DNA of 61,947 nt, filler included, from Choristocarpus tenellus KU-1152 (GCA_964200185.2; 9 parts of 9 records of this genome joined end to end with filler, not necessarily neighbours in it), one strand, 5' to 3'. Numbered from the whole stretch's first letter, positions 13,440 to 27,273 are shown. A program made the numbers and translations. The notes: generated from the letters alone by a model not told the origin.

Positions 13440-14583
13440 CAACTGGAGTGACGCAAGCAAAACTTTACCCAGCGATTTCAAAAACAGGTGTGAAATTTGA
13501 TCTCCATTGGAGATCATCTAGTTTTCACACTAGATAGAACAGATACTACACATGATCTTAGCCAAAAGGCCGAGAAGGTATGCTCCAAAGTACTTTATGC
13601 TCTGAATTATAACTTCGAAATGTATTTACCCACACGAATTTGGGACATATATCACGAATGCCAAGATGAGGAAGATAGATCATGGATCGACCCATTACGA
13701 TCTATATATTCAGATGTCGCGTGTGGCGAAGGTATACGACGGTGCACATGGTCTTCTTTTCTCCTACAATGGGGAAGGAATGAAAGTCATACCCTCAAGG
13801 ACGGGGGGGGGGGCATAACGAAGAGAGCCCCTTGGCCCCTTGCTTTACTTTTGATGTCTGACGACGGTCAAAGGGTCTCAGCAGTCCCAGTCCACATCTA
13901 GACCTCATGGAAACTACCCCAGAGCTTCCTCCACGATATGTCCATACCCACGAGGATAATTGAAACCATAGCCATAGTTGCTTTCGAGCAGCTAAAACAA
14001 AACCTAGATGAAGTGTTCATAGTCCTCAACATCACAATTGAACGAGACGGAAACAAACAGGTTGTCTGCCTCCTCAACTCGGGGAAAGAAGAGGCATTCT
14101 CAAACAGGTGCCTGGTGGCCAGAATATGTCACAAGACATGGTTGAACCTGCCCTAGGGTGGGAGGACAGGTTACCTAGCACACACCCATGGTGAAACAGT
14201 TAGGTCAAATCTGCAACGCAATGGTCATCCCTTGCACAGTAGAGGATGCCAACCTGTTCACGGTGGACAGGAATTTCCGCATGAATGCGGTGTTCCATGC
14301 TAGCTTTATTGGACGCTGGCTCAGCCCCCTTTCATGACGAAGGTCTTCTTCTGGATGTCGCCTTTGCAGAGGTCCCGGCAGCCTGCCACCTGGTCAACTC
14401 ATCCAACCAGTAATGGTGTCATTGGTGTTGTAGCTGAGCTGCGAAAGCACATCCACTGTAAATATTATTTTTGACCCTCGCAGCTTTAATCTCAAGACCT
14501 TGGTGGTCGAAAATCTTGGGCGCTCTGGTATGCAAGGAGAGAATTTCCTCGATGAGTTGGCCGCCCATATGCTAGGGAAATAA
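13440..14583 (+). mobile_element. Degraded CRE-like non-LTR retrotransposon (post-RT region and restriction-like endonuclease domain)
   Basis: LKDGGGGIT resembles the post-RT GGLG motif. Downstream: LLLDVAFA and FDPRSFNLKTLVVENLGRSGMQGENFLDELAAHMLG, an RLE-type 'VESFGRLG..G..FLDELA' motif. Multiple stops and frameshifts. Similar to the copy at 37095-37596. Confidence 0.75.
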
Positions 14584-15251
14584 GTGTTGCTTACCTCACC
14601 ACCAATATAGATATAGCTGTACCACTTGGGGGTATTTGCAATGATGTGCCAGCGTGGTGACCCAATTAGAGTCCAGGAGTGCTGATAAGGCAAATGGCAC
14701 CCTAACTCACACAATTAATGCTACAACTGTGCTGCTGGCCCCTAACTTGCACAAGACCCCAAAAAACCGAGAGTACCACCACAACAAACGACATCAGCAA
14801 AAACCTTTCAAGTAGAACTCTCCTCCTTCTGTGCATATGACTTAACGTGTATTGAGGCTTATCTTGTGCCATCTATACGTATGTCCACCCCCTCACATGT
14901 AAATAACACACCCAAATGGTGGGAAACCTTTAGAACTGTGGATCGAAGAATTTAAATGTGTAAGTTAAATTGGCTTCAAAATCTCTGGATGAATTCAATT
15001 ATGATCGAACCGAGCGCAAAACACACGGGATGAGGCAAAGACTCCACGGATGGTGAGGGGTTCCCCCGACCCGAATTTTTCTTGAGGTAACCTTCATTTC
15101 CGTCCTCCTTTTCACCACTACTAGAAACACTTTAACGCGATGTCTGGGAGACATTTTTTTAAAATATGTATTTTGTGTGTGTAGTTACACATTGTTACTA
15201 CTTCTTCAGTCTTCAGGTGGTATCCTTTCTGTATCCTTTCTTAACAACCTT

Positions 15252-16400
15252 CTATGTATCCACCTTTACCCAGGTGTTGCGAAGGAAGACATGGAGCTGC
15301 ACATAGCCAGAGTCTAGCCTCCGTTTTTTGTTGCAACATATTCCCAGCTGTTCATAACATTTACTCTTAGTCTGCTTTTGTTGTATGGCAGGAATTGCCA
15401 AAATGCGGTGGGAAGTCTTTCCAGGTACGCAAAGTTTGAGCTTCTTTCTCGTCGCCACTTGAGTGGGTTGTAAAATTCGCAGTCGATAGTCATCAATTGT
15501 TTGGGAGCCCGCCTCCTGCAACCTTGAAGGCATCAATCAACCTCTACATGTGTGTTGCTTCCTTCATGTGCACCCTGACCTTGTGTTATTTCCAGTATCT
15601 CACCAGCAGCAGCTGAACATCCCCCACACATTGCAACGGAAGCTCTTATGAACCTCTCGTGTCATTGATGGGAGGGCTGCCCCACTCATGATGGACAGTG
15701 CGTGGACGTGGGCTTGATTTCATTACTGGACTATTCTCTTCCTCTCGAGCTGTGTGCTCCTCCTCCACAATGCCTAAGACTTCCAACTCCATCCGCCCAC
15801 AACTATCTTCCACCCTGCCCATTCTCTGGAATCCCGTAAAGATTTCAGCTGTGGGGTCCAGATAAGTAGCCAGAACCTGCTGCTTCCACTTAAACCCTCT
15901 GAGTTGCTTTTTCTCACCCTCAGAGCACTGGGGAGTATTACTCACTGTACCAAAGCGGTGCACAGAATGTGAAAATGTCACCCTTGTGTACTGGCATACA
16001 GCATATGACATTTTTTCTTCCCCGATGAACACTATCCCACCTGCATACTCCAAACATAGATCTATGCAGCTGTGGGTTGTGATATGAATATCTTCCTCCT
16101 CTACCAAAGATCCAACTTAACCATAGTTGATTCACTGTCTGCGGCTTCAAGGAGATTCAGTCTATCAACCTAACCCTTCACTTCCTTGCCATCATCCACT
16201 CGTAGAAGGGTATATCCTGCAGATGGGTCGATGTCATGTTCATGTATGTCCCCACCCACACCAAGTACCTGGGCACGTCATGGCTCATTATGCAGTCCTA
16301 GGCATGTTTATGGGGCTTGTGCCGTTTTTCGTATGCCTGTGCTTGTCGTTCTCTCCTCCAAATATTCCAGTGAACAAGAAAAAAACGAATAATGAATCCT
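15252..16400 (-). mobile_element. hAT transposase pseudogene
   Basis: LATYLDP motif in ORF 15646-16107. The frameshifted C-terminal dimerisation domain reads YNPLKWRRERSSNFAYL / HRILAIPA ... KKRRLDSGYVQLHVFLRNTW. Confidence 0.8.
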
Positions 16401-16988
16401 AACGTTTTCTTTTCAAACTGCAATATAATCGAATCAGACCGATTTAATTGCTACAATTCAGAACACAAGAAAAATATCACCTTATTGAATCTTCTGCTAT
16501 TCTTGGGATACATGCAACGTCCTCGAGATGTGTGCACAACAAACAGAGTCCTATAATGAAAGCAAACTGCCTTCTTATTCTTGCTGGGTTGTCCTGTCAA
16601 TTTAGTTTTTTTTTAAAGTGGATATGAATAGATACCTCTTCTTCAGTAAGGTTGTGGTGGGGTTGGTCGATGTTTACACAAGAGGGAGGGATGGATGGAT
16701 AAACGGATTGCCAATGACAAGGAGGAGACTAACGGCGATCAAGCATCGTCAGTATTTAATCAAGCGCAAAACAACATAACTAGACGTCAAATATCTGACT
16801 GGCATGAACCAAGTGGCAAGAACAAGACGAACTGAGCAAGGTTTGTTGCAATCATTGCCAAACAATAAAATGCGGCAATGAACTAGCTATGATGCATGCA
16901 TTAGGACTGCAATCAGTCAGGATCCGGATTGACTCCTCCTGAAAGCTTCCAATGCATCACATCAGTTAATATAATATGCGACTGTTGT

Positions 16989-17833
16989 GAAGTAGCAGAG
17001 TTGGTTACACGTGGTTGGAGCATTCTAGTGGTGTACTACACACACTTGAAAATGGATCGTAGGAGTAATAACAGAAGAACTCTTTCGTTACGGTTTGTAA
17101 AAGTTGGAGTTCCATGATAGCTAATTTTGTAGGTTGTATTCTAGGACTTCAACACACTATGCACTCTATGTACATATACATGTACGATATGCTGTAGTGT
17201 GCAATGCAGTCAGAAGTGATTCCAGACAGCCACAGGCAAGATCATGTCGTACTAAGCCTAAGTAAGCAGCTACTGAAAATACTATTTATACGCCCTCAAG
17301 GGCTCAGATTGAAGTCTCCCTTGTCTTCATCGAAACTGAAATCAATATTATCATAGGACTTTCCAATGAATTATTTTGAAGTAGGAGTTGTGGTCTGTGA
17401 TTGTATCATAATAGTTCACAGCAGTGTGGAGCTAGCTGTATGGTAGTGTGTGCAATGCTACAAACGAGCATTGTTCATGTTCCAATCTCTGTCTAGAGCT
17501 AATTGTGCTTGGTTATCAGCAGTGGAACAAGTTCCGTAAGCTAGATACAACTTAGGTGTAGGTGTCAGGTGTAAGAGGTTACATCCGCTCTGGTCCAATC
17601 TATGCTGGTGCCCGATGAGAAGAAACCAGGCATATATATGCACAAAGAACTCAGCCACAAAATGTTCCTGGTCAAAATACCTTCTAGTTCATTATTCTCG
17701 CATGCAATAATTATTGGTAAGGCTCCATATTGATTCTTGTCTTTACCTTTTAGTTAAGGTCATGACACAAATCTGATGTGGGAAAACCCTGTTGGCTAAT
17801 GTTATCGCAGGAGAGTTGGGTGTCAAAACATAA
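16989..17833 (+). pseudogene. AAA+ ATPase (NVL/Rix7/CDC48-like) relic
   Basis: CGKTLLANVIAGELGV at 17777-17824 (Walker A plus following helix) is flanked by in-frame stops. Upstream, EVAELVT..(frameshift)..YTHL near 16989-17050 resembles the pre-Walker-A segment. Confidence 0.45.
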
Positions 17834-18419
17834 ACTAGATACTGCACTGAAGGAGAGGAATGTAAGCGGCATCCATTCCTGTTTGGGGGAATGCTCTGAG
17901 CATGCATAACGGAAGAAGATTGGGAGATGAGACGCACCACTGCACTGTATCATGTATTACTACTATTCATAGTGGCGACACAACTACACGTTGGAGGGCA
18001 ACTCTCTGTAGCAGGAATGCTCCGTGTTACTCAAGAAATCTTACCCATCCATTCAATTTTCTCACTACAATAGTACTATAAATAGCATACGAATAGATCC
18101 ACTTGGATTCAGCTGCATTGAGGAACGCTGAAGTTCAGACACTACGTGAAAATCGTGACTACCAACACTTACTAACCCTAACACTTTTCACACCCAGAAT
18201 GTCACACTTCCTTCAATTCATTCCAAAAAGGACTGACTTCACCGCCTTCCAGTACTTTACACACTCCCCTGTACCTGGTTCTGTAGGAGGAGCCTACTAG
18301 TCACACATACATCTCTTTAATGGCTCAAAGTATCAGGGGGGGGGGGGGGGGGGCGATACCAGGGGGTCCTTTTTGCCCCCCCCCCGGAAATTAGCACTTA
18401 CAAAAACCATCCCACACAA

Positions 18420-18519
18420 NNNNNNNNNNNNNNNNNNNNNNNNNNNNNNNNNNNNNNNNNNNNTTAATTAATTAANNNNNNNNNNNNNNNNNNNNNNNNN
18501 NNNNNNNNNNNNNNNNNNN
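18420..18519. other. Artificial contig linker
   Basis: 44N-TTAATTAATTAA-44N. Confidence 0.99.
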
Positions 18520-18579
18520 AATATAAAAAAAACAAAAAAAAAAAAAAAAAAAAATAAATAATAAATGAGTGTTTTTGTT

Positions 18580-18616
<37 letters not shown>

Positions 18617-19374
18617 GTAGTCATCAGGGTCTACGGCAGTGGGGAGAGAGAGCACAAAAAAGTTTAGATAGGTGGATAGTTGTAATCAGGGCATCTTAGA
18701 ATGCAGATTGAGCCACAAGTATTCCCCCACCATGGAGTTTTGAGGGGAGGCAGGTGTTGGCTATGAATGTCCTTGGAGCTGGAGGTTGGGTAAAGCGCTG
18801 CAATAGCAAACAATCGTGAAGAGAATCACCTATGTGTCTGGAAGTGGTTTAACGGGGTTGGGAAAAGGGATCCTCTGCAAGGAAAGATCTGTGTTGCTTA
18901 TACTGCTGAGACAAGTGCAGTAATGCCAACAAATCCCGACATCATGAAAGTGTAACCTCTACCGCTCTTGATGGGGGGTTCAGTGAACAAGAAGGCCTGA
19001 GAATGTGAAGAGAACAATGCCATCAAGCAGAGGGTCCACTGGGGCAGAGTCTACAACTGCCGTTTTCACGTCAGCAAAACAGAAAAACTGTCGAAATGAG
19101 AACTAGGGAGCTTTTAACAAAGGAGGGACAAGGAACCAACATTTTTTCAGCAATGCTTCGATTCGCTTGCAATGAGTACATCCCAAGTATACTCCTAACA
19201 GGGGTGGGTGGCACGCCTTTTCAGACGAAGTAGAAGGCACCGATGAGGGCTGCAAATAACACGACACTATGGAGCATTAGTGTCAAAGAAATGCACTGAA
19301 GTAAGGGTTGAGTTGGCGGTGGAATCAGTAAATAAAGGTGAAAGTGCCTACCGTACAGCAGGAGTGGCTCGCAC

Positions 19375-21688
19375 CTGTCGTCCACATTTGCACCTGGGGA
19401 GATGCCCTGACTGAGGCCAAGGGCTGACACAAGCTTGGCAACAGCCGCTGTCGCTCCACTACCGGTAAATAGAACTACGTCTTCAGAAGCTCGACCAGTG
19501 ATCTTCTCGAAAGTCGCATGGGGCCAACGAAAGCGTGCAAGACATCGTCCCAGGAAACACGTAGATCAGGGGGGGGGGGCACGGGAGGGCGCAGGATGCC
19601 ACTTTTGTTCGTGTAGCGATCAACATCACCTTGCTGCCAAAGTATTGATAGGGAATGGTAACTCAGAGGCGCTTGGATCGATATTCGAGTCTGTTTCGTC
19701 TCACCTTGGCGTTGACAGCCTGTGCAATGATCTGACGAGCTTCGTGTCTAAAGCAGGTAGTCTGTGCGCCAGTTACCGAGGTCGTGGTGTGCGTGTTACC
19801 ATATAGAGGCATTACATCACTCATGATATAATGTTCAATCATCGCCAGGGGACGCCCAGTGGCCGTCCAGTCGGCATAAACCAAAGGCTTGGCACCAAAA
19901 GGGGTTTGAAAAGGAGAATAGCGTCCTATGAGGTTGGACCGGATGTGGCTCGAGGCAGAAGAGAAATCTCGATTCACCATCTTTTTAACGGGTTCACCAC
20001 TATGTCTCTCTCTCTGATTGGTAACTACGGTCTGTGCCTCCTCCAGCTCAGAACAGAAACTGCGGTGAGCTTCGTCCATAACGATAGAGACTGGTGCCAC
20101 AACTTCCTCTGACACTGCCATTATCACCTACGGCACCTCCTTCTGAGAATCAGATGGCGTACGAGGTAGGTAGACAGGTAGACGTATAGTCGTAGCATAC
20201 ACTCATACACCCTTAGACAGCAACGGTCGTGCAATGGTAAGGTCAAGGAGCAATGTCGACAAGAGGTTGACCTTCACAGCAATAGTCGAGAGCCAGTGTG
20301 GTAGTCTATTATTTGTTGTGGTTGAAAAGAGTTGAGAGTTAGGGATCAATATATTTTTTGTTATGAATGGTGTGAGAGGAAGGGTAGGTAGAGAGACACA
20401 CACAAGGAGGGAATTATTAGATACACAAGAAGCTGGAACACCCCCCCCCAATACATCAAGGGTTAACGGTCAATTGCCGTATTCCAAGGGTCCATCTCCA
20501 GAGTTCGATGTGCTTTCATATTCCCTGTCTCTGATTTTTGTTCCGGTCTGATTTAGACGCATCATCTTCAAGATACCTTGATTGGTCACATTTTAGACTT
20601 CATCAGTGAAGGTTTGTCTTCTGGCGACGGAAGGGCTCGTTAAGGATACTGCAAATACCAATTTTCGAGATCAACGCAGCTGATCAAGTACTGGCATTGA
20701 ATATCATCGCATTTTCTTGGCACTGTCAAGGAGTTTGCAGGTACGATGTGGTAACATCATACGCACTCATTCCTCCTGATGTTGCCGTCTATGAATGACT
20801 TTACGTAATTGATCCTGTCTGTAGCAGGCGAATAAATTTTTGAGGTAGAATATGTTGAAGTAATCCATAATTGTATCAATTAGTGAACGCTATAGTTCTC
20901 GCTTGTTTCCATGGTGTCATTTTGCGTGTGAATATGTAACCTTCTGATGAAAGAATGAAAGACCCCCATCCTCCGCCTCTGTCACTACTGCGGCCACTGC
21001 CGCTCCACTTCTTTCACGTGCAACAGGTCGTCCTCTGGGAATGTCGTCGCTGCTCGCGATGCCGTTGCCAGATCCAGGAACTGCCTTAAAAGTCTCGCCA
21101 CAAGTCAGCAAGAATAACGGACCTGGATGGACTTCTAACTCAGCGAGGACGGGAGCGAATCCTAGTGTCCAGCGTATGAATCAGGTGTGGAGGTTGGTTT
21201 CAACCGTGGAAACGCCAATATGTTATGATTTTAACGATTTTCTCCAAGTTACTGTTGGTTTTGATGCGGAAAGGTGCCTTTCAACACCCCACCATTGACC
21301 TATAATGAAGTGTAATACCCAACCGCCGTTAGCCCCCTCCCACCCTCATATGATCAAATATACCTTTTGCCGTTCCCTCTGTGTGTGTTACTCAGTCCTC
21401 AGCAGGTAGTGCTGGGAAGGGTAAGGCTGTTGGTTCTCAGTTTTTACTTGAAAGGGCAAAGAGAAAAAGATCTGGACAGGCAGGATCAGAGTCAGCAACA
21501 CCTGGTTTGGGGGGAAGGGGAGGAATGGACCGGACCATGACGCCTGCAGAGATTTGCGTTTTGAAGACCATTGGCACTGGGTCATCGGGCGGTGTAGGCG
21601 GAATTTTGGGATTAGACCGCCTGATGAGGGTCATGGTTAATGCACTGGATGTGAGTGTTACACCCCCTAACGGTGCTTCAGCCACCAT
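19375..21688 (-). CDS. Aminotransferase class V / cysteine desulfurase-like PLP enzyme, 5' part (3' exons missing)
   Basis: Exons 21688-21502 (tentative), 21161-20941, 20127-19705 and 19502-19375. Motifs FQTPFGAKPLVYADWTATGR, VMPLYGNTHTTTSVTGAQTTCFRHEARQII and EDVVLFTGSGATAAVAKL. Confidence 0.88.
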
Positions 21689-24203
21689 GCCTCCTTCCTT
21701 CCTACGTGGTTATTTCACAATAAAGGCTTCCTATTTGTGCAAGCCCCCCCACATGTCTTGCTACTCATCTCCTCGTGTCCTTTGTTTTAAAAGAGAGGAA
21801 GGGATGAGATTGTGGAGATACTTCATTCCTGCTCAACCAATGACCAACACACAACACAAAACACAGGGCACATAGACCCAGTTATTGCCTCTCAGACATG
21901 CTCAAATGCAAACACATACGTGTCATCATTAAAACGCTTATCTAGATCTCACAATTTACAAAGGTTGCAAAATACGAAGTTGTCAAAATTTATTTATTTT
22001 TTTAAATTCCCATCGGTTGAAAGAAACAAAGTTAGGTCTCTATCACGTATGAACAACACAATGAAGTGATTTAGGCCTAGCTTGCTTGATTCTTCACACA
22101 CAAAACTTAAAAGAAGACAACAGAATACTGTGGCTGCTTTGCTTATGCCCAGTATCACAGCACAATACCTGTGGATGCTTGCTCAAAAGCCCCCCTGACT
22201 GTACCCTCTTTCAGTCACTTTCTCTGGGTTTAGGGGTAGGGTTGAAAAGGAAATAGGTCACAAGAACACATTTTAAGAGTGGCAGCAACAGGAACATAAA
22301 ATAAACATCGACAGGACATTCCTGCACGGTTTTGAGACTGGTCTTGAATGGAGGGAGAGGGCAACAGCAGGAACTCCACAATAGTTTCGGAGGGTCATTA
22401 TCCCCTAGCGTCTGCCTCCTCTTCCCCCTCTCCCCTTTTCAGCTTTGCATCTCTCCCATGCTATGGACCCAATGACATTGTTGGGAATGGTATTGGGGGG
22501 TTGCATGTTTCTATATGTGGCGCTCATGGACAAGGACAGGAGAGCATGCATCTGACGTCTGACCCCATCACAAATTGGTAAATAGTGTATACCTTTTTCG
22601 GGCAGATTTTGCCACAGCCCAGGTCTTTCTGTTTGAGTAACCCCGTGGTTGCTAGATACAAATGGCAAAACAGTATGAGGCTGTTGTGAGGCTGTCCTTG
22701 TGCTTCTGCTTTGAATGTTTTCTTTTGCTAATGTGAGAGATTCTTGATGGAAAAGCTTGCTTTTGTGGTATGATGATGCTGTCGGGGTGGGTTGTGCGCG
22801 GTATTCATGACATCATGGACAGGGCAAGTGGTAATCATGACATCATGGACAAGGCACTTCTTTATCATACATTTAGTCGCTTGATGTGGCTTGTGCCTAT
22901 GTGCGTGGACACAGTCGCACTTTGTGGTGCTCAACAAACATCTGATTCTGAACACAAAGTTCTCTTGCCCTGAGATGACTGAGCTCTCTGATGTGGTGGT
23001 TAGATGTTGCAACATGACTGAAATAGGGCATGTAGTTGCCCAATATCACCTTTACTGTACTCAGCGCGATGATGTTGCAACGTTGATTTTTTTTTTGTTC
23101 AATTTGGTGTATGTATCAGTTGTCTTCCAGTTCACACAAAAGCACTTAACCATCTTTTTTTGTTTTAGGTTGCGATCAACTGTACAAGTTCTATTTTTTT
23201 TTGTATCTTGGAATGTTTGTGTTATGTTTCAACAGTGGATTGTTGCCGTCGTCCTAAGTAAGTGGTCAAGACTTGTGATTTGTAAATTGGTAGCGATTCT
23301 TGTGGAATTGGAGGTTGAGGTTAGGGTTAGGGTTACAACTCGACTCTGTAACAATATGTAACTTCACCCTGGGTCGTCAGCAACATGTTCTTGCACTGCC
23401 ATTTCCTTGTATCTTTGTATAGTTTTGGGCTGAGGAGTTGAGGCCTAGTTAGTTGCTTGGCAGGGTGTGTCCTGTGAAGTTGATTTTCAAAGTAAGTTGG
23501 AATACCCAGTCAATGAACTGGTTGGAGGGGGATCAGTGCATTGCACACATCTTCCATCCAGTGTTCCCGTCTAGTGTTCCATGCATGCAACAATGTCCTC
23601 TATGTCCTCTATGTCCTCAGCTCATCGGGTTTGTTGTCATTTACATAATTATCTTCGAAGGGGTATATGAGGTCTTGGATGCCCATGTGTATTGGCGCTG
23701 AGGTCCTTGAGTCATCTGACGGTGGAAACAGTGAAGGCATGTTGTGTTTCTTGAAGGAACTGGATGGAGGTGTTACTGACACTGCATCCTGGTGTAGAGT
23801 TTTGTTTGTCACCTGCAGGGTGGTAGTAGTGATTGATTCAGTTGTGGGTAAATACTTATCGTGGTTTTCAGATTACTTGCTTGCCTCCTTCCCTTTGGTG
23901 GGTTAAAGAGTTGACAAGACTGTCTCTGTTGCTTCCAAGTTTGGCCAATGGGAGGAGAGACAAGAAAGAAGCCGGTCTTGTATGGTTTCCGTTGTGTGTA
24001 TTTTGTAGTGATATGGAGGCAGGCCCTGTGACGGGTTTGAGGTCCGAATCACTTGTATTTGGTGGTAAGTTGTTGTATCACAGAAAAATGGCAAGCACCG
24101 AATGTCTTCTTATTCATTCTCAGAGGAGAATGAAATGAATTGATCGCTTTCGGTAAGTTGGTGATGAAAGCTGGTTTTTGATTAGTTGCATGATTGTGGT
24201 TTC

Positions 24204-24264
24204 TGGAAAAGTTGAAGTTGAGACAGACGTGTCAACTTCGTATGTGTCAACTTCAACTTTTCCA
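24204..24264. repeat. Perfect 18-bp inverted repeat with 25-nt spacer
   Basis: TGGAAAAGTTGAAGTTGA (24204-24221) pairs with TCAACTTCAACTTTTCCA (24247-24264). Confidence 0.85.
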
Positions 24265-25341
24265 CAACAACTGCAGGATGAATACTGCAGCGTCCTATCT
24301 CAGTTGACTGGGCAATTGCTAAGAGACTACTGCGTCTCTTCTCACTCACTGAACCCTTAGATGAGTCATGTTCTGGTGTATGTAGGTGGATATGGCAAAG
24401 AAAAGCTACCTATCATGGAATGGAGTCACATAGTTTGTAAGAGAGTTACAATATAAAATACCGGGGGTCAAAGGTAGTGGACAGGGGGGTTGAGATGGGG
24501 ATGAACCTGAGAAGGGGGGATGTTGGGTTTGTGGGAGGTTGGGGGGGGGGGGGGGGGGGGGTGTGTGGGGTGGGGGGGGTTGGGGGGGGGTGGGGGGGGG
24601 GGGGGGGGGAGGTGATGTCTAGCCAGACCTTAGTTGGCAAAACAGAGTTGTGGCATATGGACCATCAATGGTGCATTAACTTCACAGTGTTCCCACATGT
24701 GATCGAAACTGTCAACAGTTACAACAGAAACATCTCGATAGCTCCTTTAGCAGTTTTTGGTTGTGTCCTTGACCCTCTTGTGGCATGAGCTTGTAGTCAT
24801 CAGAGGGGGTGGATGCTGTGACTATGCTGTATTGGATGACATTCTAGGTTTAATCTGGATGATGCAATCTCTGCCAAATATCAGGAAAGGATACACCTTT
24901 TTTAGTTTGGTTCCAAGTGTAGACCTTAAGGAAGTGCAGGAATAGGAAGGTGTGTGTGCTGGATGGGGGCAAGATTAGATGGGTGCTTGTGTATTGAAAA
25001 GTGTGGATGGTGGGACTTCAACCAGCTGCTTCTGTCTTTTGAAACTGTGAAGATTGGTCAGCAATCATCAGAGGATGTCTGGGACTACCTGGATTTTCCG
25101 AAATCCTCATGTAACAACATACTATGCCACGATAGCTGGGACAATTTTGAGGTGCCAAGAGCGCCTCTCAGGCTTTGTGAAACCCTTCAGGACCTCTGGT
25201 GATGTGGGCTGTCTGAGGATGGAAGTTTATGGGGAGCGCATCCCTGCTCTTCATAACAAGAGTTAATGACCCCACCTGATCCCCCTCTGCCACCCTCCCA
25301 CTTTACTGCTAGTCACATCTGTACTCTCTCTATTGACCCTC

Positions 25342-25376
<35 letters not shown>

Positions 25377-25421
25377 CCCCCCCCTTTTTTTTTTTTTTTT
25401 TTTCTTCTCCCCCCCCCCCCC

Positions 25422-25521
25422 NNNNNNNNNNNNNNNNNNNNNNNNNNNNNNNNNNNNNNNNNNNNTTAATTAATTAANNNNNNNNNNNNNNNNNNNNNNN
25501 NNNNNNNNNNNNNNNNNNNNN
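25422..25521. other. Artificial contig linker
   Basis: 44N-TTAATTAATTAA-44N. Confidence 0.99.
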
Positions 25522-27273
25522 AAATAGACAGCCGCCCCCCCCCCCAGATGCTTTGAGCCAGGGTAAAAAAAAGACACCACCCCCCCCCCCCCCCCAGATA
25601 CTTTGACTCATCAGAGAGGATATGTGAGATGTAACGGTAATTTTCTTCTTCTTGACACACCTTCCTCTTCCATCCCCCACCCGTAAAAACAGGCATCAAA
25701 CTGAGATGTATCTTACATAACCCCATCAAGTCCCTAATGGACAACTTGAGTTAGTCTCTCCCCACGCTCAAGGATACTTTGGGCCACTCCTTAATCTTTG
25801 GTGTGACTCAGGGGAGGGTAAAGGTGGAATGATATAGCGTCACCGGAGTACATGGCTTGTGGAGGACGGACGTGAAGTTGGAGCTATTGATAGGACTGAA
25901 ACGACTGCCAATCCATGCTGTCCTCGAGTGTAGCACCTTGGAGAAGATGATAGAGAGCTTTGAGGACTTTTTTTTCTGGGGGGAAGTCGAGACCTTACCT
26001 ACCTGTTACCCCAGTATTTGGTTGGTGTCAGGGCAGCAGTGTCAACGGAAAAGAGGCAATAGTATCTCGAATCCTTCACTTTCACTTGCATCGAGTATGT
26101 CCCAGAGAGATTCACGGCGCAGAGAGGGATGTAAAAAGTGAAAAGTACAGCAGCATGGCAGCTTTGTTTGACAGCACACACAAGACACACACTAGATGCC
26201 TTATGGAATTACAGCAGCTCATTATCCCCATACCTTAGATCCGATCCGTTTGTTTTTTTCTCTACAGTCACTAGTACTAGTAGTATGGTTACTAGAAGGA
26301 GCAAGAGTGAGATTGGACCTGATAACGGTATGATTTCCTCCTTTTTTCCGGTTTGTGCTGTGAGCACCAAAGCACTACCATAGCGCTACCCTTGAGCAAA
26401 AGTCATTGAATATTAATGAGAGGTAGGCAAGCATTGAATGTGAAGGACCCCAAGAATGGCAAAAAAGGCGTCATTTTTACTGTTGAAGAAAGAGTCTTTG
26501 CTGAATTGTGGTGTCACTTTGCAGGTGGAAAGGGGGGGGGTATCAGTTTAGTGTGCACTATTGTGTATACTTCAAAGCAAATATCAATGAAATGAAGTAT
26601 TGCACAGGGTAAGAAATATACCCTAGAGTGCAAAAGGGTCCAAACCTGTCCATATCTCCATTGAAACTCCTCCTTATCAATCTTGAGACTGTAGGTAATT
26701 GAGAGTGAGAAACTTTGTCCGAATTTCAAGAAAAAAAGAGTCGATTGGGTTATGATTCATGCAATGAACGCAAGTAATTGACAAGTTTGCAATAGATGTA
26801 GCTATGTCGCTACAATCCAAACTGTATGGATAGTTGTACTTTCTACTGGACATCCCCCCACTTATCAGGACCTACCGATCTATAGTCCAAGCATACACTG
26901 AAACGGTTGACCCAGACCACCATTTGTTACTATATAGGTACCTGATATAGTCCTGGCCCAGGATCCACTTATTGTTGTAAATCTGAGCCCAAGGATACAC
27001 TGGAACAGTTGATTCGATACACGACTCGCCTTGCAGTAGCTGGCATTGCACTGGACCGGGATTTATCTATCATCATCTGGTTATACCCCATGCATACACT
27101 GGAATGTGTTTAAAATGTGATAACGGTATTGCCACCTACTCACACCTTCTTCACATTCAGTTTCTCATCTACCTCTGGAACTGTCTAAAGGCACCTGTGC
27201 TATCTATCAAGAACAAACTAATTGCATCTATCAAGCTGCCCTCTCTCTCTCTCTCTATCTCTCCATGTCCAAG

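Noticed and set aside
22700-25300. Possible LINE remains (CxxC..H..C-like segment near 24690-24740, minus strand)
   Set aside because: Too degraded; no RT or endonuclease motif could be read with confidence.
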